Source: Candidatus Parvarchaeota archaeon
GTDB lineage: Archaea > Nanobdellota > Nanobdellia > WJKC01
Direction of reading: 5' to 3'
DNA length: 44,326 nucleotides
NCBI GenBank assembly: GCA_030615175.1
Contig: JAUWZX010000004.1
Location: 1 to 44,326 of the forward strand
The notes below the pieces were generated by a model. It did no database searches. It had not been told where the DNA came from and saw only the letters and a program-made list of their open reading frames with translations. This document shows, one piece after another, positions 37,768 to 44,326 of this stretch (position 1 is the stretch's first letter; every line of letters begins with the position of its first letter). A program made the translations under genes and the position numbers.

Positions 37768-37952
37768 TTGAGGGAAAAATAATTAAGAGTTTTAAACAAA
37801 AAGCCAGTAGAAGAAAAATAATCCCTGAAAAAAGCAGGAATTACTATAATGAACACGAATGGATTCATGGCACTTCACCTGAAGGATTATACACTACAAT
37901 AATATGCCCTGAAGAATTAATAGGAAAAGTAGTTACTGTAATGACCTTATAA
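37755..37952 (+). CDS. Small protein, DUF2080/AbrB-like C-terminus
   Basis: IICPEELIGKVVTV motif. Confidence 0.45.
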   Translation: MNTNLEGKIIKSFKQKASRRKIIPEKSRNYYNEHEWIHGTSPEGLYTTIICPEELIGKVVTVMTL

Positions 37953-39116
37953 CTTCTCTGAAATGAAAGCCATTCTTTGAGGCGGTTCTTCAGAGTGATT
38001 GCATCCAGACTCTGTTTCTTTTATTAAAGCCAGATATTCTTTAAAGGATTCATAATCTGCTCTTGTTATTTCTTCTATAATCTTCTTATGATTATTAAAA
38101 CCTCTTTTCTCAAGTAATTCAATGATTTCAGGATAATTATAATTCAAATTATTTCCTTTAATAAACCTAAAAGAGTATCCTCCTCCAACAAACACTTTTG
38201 CGTTAGGCAGGTAATCCGTAAGTATTACTGCAGCAAGGTCAGTGCCATCATATTCCGGTCCTAAATCAGCAAGCACTATTTCTATCTTATCTGCTGGAAG
38301 AAGGTCCAATAACTCTCTTCTCCTGATATCCATGTTTAAAAAATGAAAATCTGAAGGATTCATATTATTAACAGACAAGTTCTTCTCTAACCTGCCTGCT
38401 GCTTCAGATTCAATGTCCACGCAAATTATTTTATCCGCCCCATTCCTACTAGCAACTAAACTCAGCACTCCGTCAGCTGAGCCAAGGTCTAAAACATACT
38501 TGTCCTTAAAATCAATATAACTCAAAGCATGCACTGCTAAAGCAGAATACTCTAAAAGACTATAATTACCTAATGAACTATCAAAATGTGACAAGTAAAT
38601 TAGATTATTATTTATTCCTCTTTCAATACTTGCTGGAATCCTTCTTTTTAACCTGTCATCAAGGAATACCCGTTCCCCAACCCTGACATAAAATACTGCT
38701 TCAGGCATTAAGATTACATTATTATATTTAAACCCCTCTTTATAATCATCATTCCTGTATACTTTACTGAAACCGCAGACTTCAAAAGGCACTTTTTCAT
38801 TATTCAATCCTTTAAATGATTTTTTAATCTTTTTAAACTCAAAATCATATTCCTCTATGAATGGTTGATAATCCTCTAATAAAAATTTAATGTCATACTT
38901 AGAAAGAAGTTCGTTTAAGCCGGGAAGTAAATTATTACATAGGTTTGTTGTTATGGAATTCTTTTCCATAACATCATCACTCTCTTTAGGATTAAAATAC
39001 ACTTCTTCTGTGCCCAGAAACTTCTTCATCTCAAAAGCCAATTCCTCAACATTATTATTAAAGTATTTTAAAAACGCATCACAATTCCCTGCTGAAACAT
39101 TACTTTTAATCACCAT
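37947..39116 (-). CDS. Class I SAM-dependent methyltransferase (PrmA-like domain) with N-terminal extension
   Basis: VLDLGSADGVLS...GA..I..VDIE. Confidence 0.82.
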   Translation of the reverse strand: MVIKSNVSAGNCDAFLKYFNNNVEELAFEMKKFLGTEEVYFNPKESDDVMEKNSITTNLCNNLLPGLNELLSKYDIKFLLEDYQPFIEEYDFEFKKIKKSFKGLNNEKVPFEVCGFSKVYRNDDYKEGFKYNNVILMPEAVFYVRVGERVFLDDRLKRRIPASIERGINNNLIYLSHFDSSLGNYSLLEYSALAVHALSYIDFKDKYVLDLGSADGVLSLVASRNGADKIICVDIESEAAGRLEKNLSVNNMNPSDFHFLNMDIRRRELLDLLPADKIEIVLADLGPEYDGTDLAAVILTDYLPNAKVFVGGGYSFRFIKGNNLNYNYPEIIELLEKRGFNNHKKIIEEITRADYESFKEYLALIKETESGCNHSEEPPQRMAFISEKL

Positions 39117-39156
39117 AATAATTTACTTTACTGGTAATTTTCTCTTATAAGTATTT

Positions 39157-39696
39157 CTATAACTTCTTTAATATGTCATATAACTGATTAACTGCCATGC
39201 TTAACTCGCCTGAGTTATCAATAATGAAATCAGCATAATCACAATCCTGACTACTCAGGGCGCGGTTAATCCGCGCTTTAACAGTATAATCATCCTCCCT
39301 TGCACGGGACTTAATGCGCTTAATAATAACGCTCGTAGGAGCCTTAATGAAAACAACCAAAGTATTATGGTATAACTCCCTGGCTAATGGAATAATGTTG
39401 CGGCTAACATTCACGAGAACATTCTTTCCATTACGCAGCAAGGAAAGAACTTCATTACTAACACCATAATTCAAGCCGTAACTGGACCAGTTAAGGAAGA
39501 ACTCGCCCTGCTTAAGCAATGAATCAAAATCTTCAAATGACACGAAATGATTGCTCTCAAAAGAGCTGGGCGCGCGGGTAATGAAGCGCTTAGCAACCAT
39601 GACGCCTGGCAATAAATCCTTAACCCCGCTAATAATTGAATCCTTGCCAGAACAACTATTACCCACAACAAGGATTAACCGTCCATTCATAATCAA
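39157..39696 (-). CDS. PhnN-like ribose 1,5-bisphosphokinase / guanylate kinase family
   Basis: VVGNSCSGKDS, RFITR, W.SYGLNYG, VNVSR, RARE, IDNSG. Confidence 0.82.
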   Translation of the reverse strand: MIMNGRLILVVGNSCSGKDSIISGVKDLLPGVMVAKRFITRAPSSFESNHFVSFEDFDSLLKQGEFFLNWSSYGLNYGVSNEVLSLLRNGKNVLVNVSRNIIPLARELYHNTLVVFIKAPTSVIIKRIKSRAREDDYTVKARINRALSSQDCDYADFIIDNSGELSMAVNQLYDILKKL

Positions 39697-39741
39697 TAAT
39701 TAAGCTTCAAAAAATTAATATACTTAATCATTTAATAATAT

Positions 39742-40845
39742 ATGGGGGATTTTATGAAAAAGAGCAATACAAAAATAATTATCGCCACAGGCATATCGGG
39801 AAGCGGCAGCAGGAAGTTCTGCGCCTCATATAAGAAATTAAGAAAGAAAGTAAAGATATATAATACTGGAGACATGATACTTGAACTTGCACAGAATGAT
39901 CCTGAAACTCCTAACATACCTAAAGAAAACCTCTTAAACCTTAACCCTAACAAACTGAAACACCTTAGGGATAAAGCCTTTGACATAATCTCTGACGAAA
40001 TAAATAATCACCAGAATAAGTATGAGAGGATAATAATAGATACGCATGCAAAGTTCTTCTGGAATGACATTTACTACAACGCGTTTGACTGGAAGCACTT
40101 GAATAAGATTCCAGTAGACTTATTTTTAACAATAATAGACAAGCCATCAGTAATCAGGGAAAATCAAAAAAAGCACAAAGCAGGCTTATCACAGGACCAT
40201 GACTTCAGAGACCTCCTTTTATGGCAGAATAATGAGGTTGATACAACAGCCGGGTGGGCTTCAAAGTATGGGAAACCATTTTACGTGCTCCCAAGCAGAC
40301 AAAACTTTTCAATAATAGACAGTCTTCTGGAAAGTAAATTCTTAATATACTTCAGCATGCCGATGACGGATGCTGACAGTGAAGCTAATGATATGGTAAC
40401 TAATTTTAAGAAAAAATTGCTTAACCTGGGCGAGGATATTAATTACCTGCCAACACCAATAATAGACCCGAGGCATATTGACATAGAACCTAATGAGTTA
40501 ATAATGGAAAATGTTGATGGAAAAAACTTTTTATTTAAAAAAGCAAAAAGAACAGTAGACCGTCATACAGTGCACAGAGACTTGAATTGGTACATACCAA
40601 AAGCAACACACATCATTGCATACTATCCTCAAGGAACTGAAGTTTCAAAAGGAGTTACAGACGAGTGCACCAGAGCATTCGAAACAGGAAAATACGTGTA
40701 CGTGGTTTTCCACAGGGATAATAAGAGTCCTTTCATGGAATTAGCGCATAATGTTTTCAGGAATGAAGAAGAATTCTTTAAATTCTTCCCAGAACACATT
40801 GAAGAACAGATAAGGAAAGGTGAAAGGAAGAACAATCTTTTATAA
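39742..40845 (+). CDS. Adenylate-kinase-like P-loop domain fused to nucleoside deoxyribosyltransferase-like domain
   Basis: TGISGSGS, NTGD, IIDTHA; IYFSMPMT, RDL..I, SKGVTDE...A...GK.V. Confidence 0.75.
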   Translation: MGDFMKKSNTKIIIATGISGSGSRKFCASYKKLRKKVKIYNTGDMILELAQNDPETPNIPKENLLNLNPNKLKHLRDKAFDIISDEINNHQNKYERIIIDTHAKFFWNDIYYNAFDWKHLNKIPVDLFLTIIDKPSVIRENQKKHKAGLSQDHDFRDLLLWQNNEVDTTAGWASKYGKPFYVLPSRQNFSIIDSLLESKFLIYFSMPMTDADSEANDMVTNFKKKLLNLGEDINYLPTPIIDPRHIDIEPNELIMENVDGKNFLFKKAKRTVDRHTVHRDLNWYIPKATHIIAYYPQGTEVSKGVTDECTRAFETGKYVYVVFHRDNKSPFMELAHNVFRNEEEFFKFFPEHIEEQIRKGERKNNLL

Positions 40846-40904
40846 CTTTTCTTTTAACCTAATAAGATAATTATATAAGGATAATATTTTTTAAGATTTA
40901 TACT

Positions 40905-42467
40905 ATGGCTGAAGTAGTACTTACCGCGGACAGGACTGTGCTAAGTGAATATAATGACAACCCATTCTACGGCTTCCTAAGCTGCGCGCAGTACGGTTTA
41001 GTTCCTTCATGGCTCTACTGGTGGAAATTAATTCCAAGAGTAGGCTGCCTCCCGAGCGGTGAAGTAACTCATGCAACACTATCACTAAGAAAAGTTGAAT
41101 CCTCACTAATAGATGAGGGAGTAAGCACAGTAGTCACTGATGCTTATAATATTCCAAAAGTAATAACAAAGGAAACAAGAATTGTAGGAGTAAGCGCCAT
41201 AGACCCGATGGGTTACGGTCCTGGCAGCAGGGCAATGAGGTTCTTCTCAGATGAGAAAACAATGTCAATGACTTCCTATGAATTCCTTAAATTAATAAGT
41301 ATAATAAATAAATTAAAGAAAAAATATGATTTCAAGATAATTGGCGCAGGGTGCGGTTCATGGCAGTTACTAAATAAGAAAGAACTAAATATAGACCACA
41401 TATTCATGGGCGAGGCAGAAAAAACTTTTCCAGGAATAGCAAAGAGAATAATTAAAGGCAGCAAAGTTAAGAAAATCATTAAAGGAGAATTGCTCAAGGC
41501 AAGTGAGATACCAGGAATTAAAAAACCAGTAATCGCTGGCATGATAGAAACTGCAAGAGGGTGCGGCAGGGGATGCAAGTTCTGCTCAACAACACTGTCA
41601 GGCAGGATAAGACCATTAAGCATGGATAAAATACTTAATGACGCTAGAATAAACATTGAATCAGGAAGGAAAAATCTTACAATACAGTCAGAGGACTTCC
41701 TGTCATACAAGTGCGGCAGGAACTTCAGGCCTGACGAGGACTCAGTATATAACTTATTCAAGTCATTATATAACGCGGGCGCTCAAAGGATTAGGACAAT
41801 ACACGCTAACCTGGCAAGCATTGCAAGCAGTCCTGAATTAATGAAGAAGCTTACAAAGCTTATGCGCAGGCACGGGCAGAAATCAGGATTCTGCCAGCCA
41901 GGAATAGAGACTGGGAGCACGAGGCTGTTGAAGAAGTTAATGCCTGGCAAATTACTGCCATTCAAAGGCGAGGAATGGTCAAGCATAGTTAAGAAAGCAT
42001 TCAAGACATGCAATTCACTAAACTGGATTATGTGCCCGACAGTGATACTAGGCATGCCTGGCGAGAAAAAAGAAGATGTTCATGAAACAATAAGATTAAT
42101 TAAGGACTTGAAGCCTTACAAGTCAGCCATTGCAACATTATTCTTTATACCAATAACAATAACGAGTCTAGGGAAGGCAAAGGAATTCATTATGAACAAC
42201 ATGTTCAGGGAGCACTGGGAGTTATTAAAGACCTGCTGGAAGCATAACCTGCATCACTTCAGGCATATTAATTTAGGCAAGAATCACTTAACTAATCTCA
42301 TTGGCGGATTCATAGCGAAGAAGGCGTCAGAAAAAGTGATAAAATTCGCAGACGAGCACTTAAAAGGCAGTAAAGCGGATGGAATACCAAACGATATAAT
42401 ATTAAAAATCCTAAACAAACTGCCAATAAGAGACCCTTTAGATAAAATGATTAAATCACTTAATTAA
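40905..42467 (+). CDS. Radical SAM protein with B12-binding-like N-terminus
   Basis: ETARGCGRGCKFC, GEAE, GIETGS, ILGMPGE. Confidence 0.9.
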   Translation: MAEVVLTADRTVLSEYNDNPFYGFLSCAQYGLVPSWLYWWKLIPRVGCLPSGEVTHATLSLRKVESSLIDEGVSTVVTDAYNIPKVITKETRIVGVSAIDPMGYGPGSRAMRFFSDEKTMSMTSYEFLKLISIINKLKKKYDFKIIGAGCGSWQLLNKKELNIDHIFMGEAEKTFPGIAKRIIKGSKVKKIIKGELLKASEIPGIKKPVIAGMIETARGCGRGCKFCSTTLSGRIRPLSMDKILNDARINIESGRKNLTIQSEDFLSYKCGRNFRPDEDSVYNLFKSLYNAGAQRIRTIHANLASIASSPELMKKLTKLMRRHGQKSGFCQPGIETGSTRLLKKLMPGKLLPFKGEEWSSIVKKAFKTCNSLNWIMCPTVILGMPGEKKEDVHETIRLIKDLKPYKSAIATLFFIPITITSLGKAKEFIMNNMFREHWELLKTCWKHNLHHFRHINLGKNHLTNLIGGFIAKKASEKVIKFADEHLKGSKADGIPNDIILKILNKLPIRDPLDKMIKSLN

Positions 42468-44324
42468 TTCCTCAATCGCTTCCTTAACAATAATGCATAA
42501 GATAAAGTAAGCAAGTAAATTGTACATTAAATAAGTGTAATCATTAAGGTTTATTGAAATTCCTTCTCCTTCCTCCACTTCTTTTACAGCCGTCTTAATC
42601 ATTAAGTCTAATTTCTTATTAAGAACGTTAATTTTATCGCACGTTAATTCTCTAACATCTTTTAAAGTAATATTCTTCAAACCCTTTGGCTCGCTTGGGT
42701 CAACCCATCTTAATAGAATTAAGTTATCAGCATTTCTGCCGCTTAAAACCTTCTTCACTTCCCTCATTAAATTAATTATGCTAAAACCAGATAATAATCC
42801 CTTAGGATACTTGCTTCTTAAGTATTTTAGCAGGTAACTTTCATTTCCTTTACCTTTATGATACATTAATGCTTTAAAAATTAAGACAATCTCCCGGCCG
42901 CCTAATTCATATTCCTTTTTCTTATAAACCTTCTTCTTAATTAAACTATTAATTTTTGTCCTTAAATCTTCCCAACCCTTTATTAAACTGGTTTTAAGCA
43001 AATTCTGAGCTCTTGTCTTAGCCGTTTCAATATCATAAGGTGATAAGATAAATACTTCAAGCAGTTTATGATAACCCTTAAACTTCTTTAATTCATACTT
43101 CTCTCCATAAACCCTCTTAAACCATCCCTTCCTGAAAGTCGGATGCTTCCTTATTAACGCGCTTACCTGACTTAATAAAACTCTTAAGTTGCCTTCATAA
43201 CCTTCCTCTAATTTAAACGCGTTATCAATTAATTCTAAATTAATCCTTAAAAATAAGTAATAATGAAGACACCTTAATCGCAATTCATTTACTTTATCAA
43301 CTAATTGAGGATAACCCTTAATATCCCTAATCGATGCTCCCCTGGCTTTCTTTTCTTCAAGGAATTTTATAATCCTGCTTTGAATTAACATCTGAATTTT
43401 AAACAAGCATCCATTCTCAATGCCAAAACCACAACCCTTTTCGTACTGCACTCCGCCGCGCGCAGCCTTGGCGTGAAAACTAATTAAGCCAGGCAACTCT
43501 CTCATGCCCTGAACAAATAATCTGCCTTTAGCCCATTCAGGAAAACATTCCATGCTAAATTCTTTAAAGAAAGCCCTGATTTCTTTATCACCAGTAATTC
43601 CTTTCGGAACAATGAATTTAAAACTAGTCTTATCAGATAACTCTGTTAAAGTCTTAAATTCTCTCTGAAAATCAGAATTCTCCTCAAGTAATTTATCATA
43701 ACCGGCAATTAATTTATTATAATCAACACTGGCTTCACTATCCCGCTTAAGCGCCACTAATAAATTCCTGACAGCATATAAATTACTTCTTAATTCATTA
43801 TAAAGAGGAATACAATCATTTTTTAACACTAATAAGTGTTTTTGAATAATCCCGCTTAAATTATGTAAATAATTAATATAATTCTTGATTATGCTTTCAT
43901 CTGACACGTCAAGTAATGCTGTTAATTCCCTGCCAATCACCGGCTTAATCTCATCAGCCCAATTTTCTATTAATTCTTTATACTTTTTAAATAATGAAAC
44001 CTTGTTCTGCTTAATCTTTTTAATTCCTTCATTAATCTCCTTAATTGATTCATCAACATCTTCAGGTTCTTCAATAGTTATTTGGCTGCCGTCACCGCCG
44101 CCACCATCTTCTTCAAACGCTCCTCTTACTTCATCTCTAGGCGCTTCAATTCTTTCTTTGGTGGCTGGCCTTGCCTTTGATAAATTAAGCTTGCTAAACA
44201 ACTTAATAACCGAAATCACTCCAATAACAACCATTATAAAAGTAATCACGCCCTGACCCATCTGACTAGCAATACCAGCCATAGTAAAACTAGCAAAAGT
44301 AAGCAAAACCCAAGCAGAAAACTC
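42456..44324 (-). CDS. Large membrane-anchored hypothetical protein (5' end beyond window)
   Basis: Frame stays open to the window end; TM segment then over 550 aa, largely helical. Confidence 0.75.
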   Translation of the reverse strand, partial: EFSAWVLLTFASFTMAGIASQMGQGVITFIMVVIGVISVIKLFSKLNLSKARPATKERIEAPRDEVRGAFEEDGGGGDGSQITIEEPEDVDESIKEINEGIKKIKQNKVSLFKKYKELIENWADEIKPVIGRELTALLDVSDESIIKNYINYLHNLSGIIQKHLLVLKNDCIPLYNELRSNLYAVRNLLVALKRDSEASVDYNKLIAGYDKLLEENSDFQREFKTLTELSDKTSFKFIVPKGITGDKEIRAFFKEFSMECFPEWAKGRLFVQGMRELPGLISFHAKAARGGVQYEKGCGFGIENGCLFKIQMLIQSRIIKFLEEKKARGASIRDIKGYPQLVDKVNELRLRCLHYYLFLRINLELIDNAFKLEEGYEGNLRVLLSQVSALIRKHPTFRKGWFKRVYGEKYELKKFKGYHKLLEVFILSPYDIETAKTRAQNLLKTSLIKGWEDLRTKINSLIKKKVYKKKEYELGGREIVLIFKALMYHKGKGNESYLLKYLRSKYPKGLLSGFSIINLMREVKKVLSGRNADNLILLRWVDPSEPKGLKNITLKDVRELTCDKINVLNKKLDLMIKTAVKEVEEGEGISINLNDYTYLMYNLLAYFILCIIVKEAIEELIK

Positions 44325-44326
44325 AC

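Noticed and set aside
39126..39138. TTTACTGGTAAT as a fourth copy of the conserved box
   Set aside because: Resembles only the left half with mismatches and lacks GGAYAC-N3-GTATCC

Overview
Chromosomal segment of a small-genome, AT-rich archaeon, most likely DPANN (Nanoarchaeota/Woesearchaeota-like). This is inferred from radA, rps19e-PDCD5-rpl39e-rpl31e-rplX-pfdA-ftsY, srp54, rpp21, a short dph2, archaeal-type proS, cysS with tRNA-Cys, TATA-type promoters and many near-leaderless genes. The first ~4.6 kb is a defence-like island: two Dam-family adenine methyltransferases, a GIY-YIG nuclease, a ParB/HEPN-like protein and an unknown ORF. The rest is housekeeping genes interleaved with hypothetical and nucleotide-handling genes (Nudix pair, double phosphoesterase, DUF1599, GTPase-SIS fusion, PhnN-like kinase, kinase-NDT fusion). 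The strongest unexplained signal is a 29-bp motif, ATTACCGGAnAAnRGGAYACnnGGTATCC. It is present three times, each time just upstream of the TATA box of a DNA-metabolism gene (radA, a 3'-5' exonuclease, a Dam methylase), making it a candidate SOS-like/DNA-damage regulon operator. Also seen: strong GATC avoidance outside the island, two palindromic operators beside HTH regulators, a tandem 31-bp palindromic repeat, and four small ORFs missing from the ORF track. All family assignments are by eye from motifs; no database searches were run.
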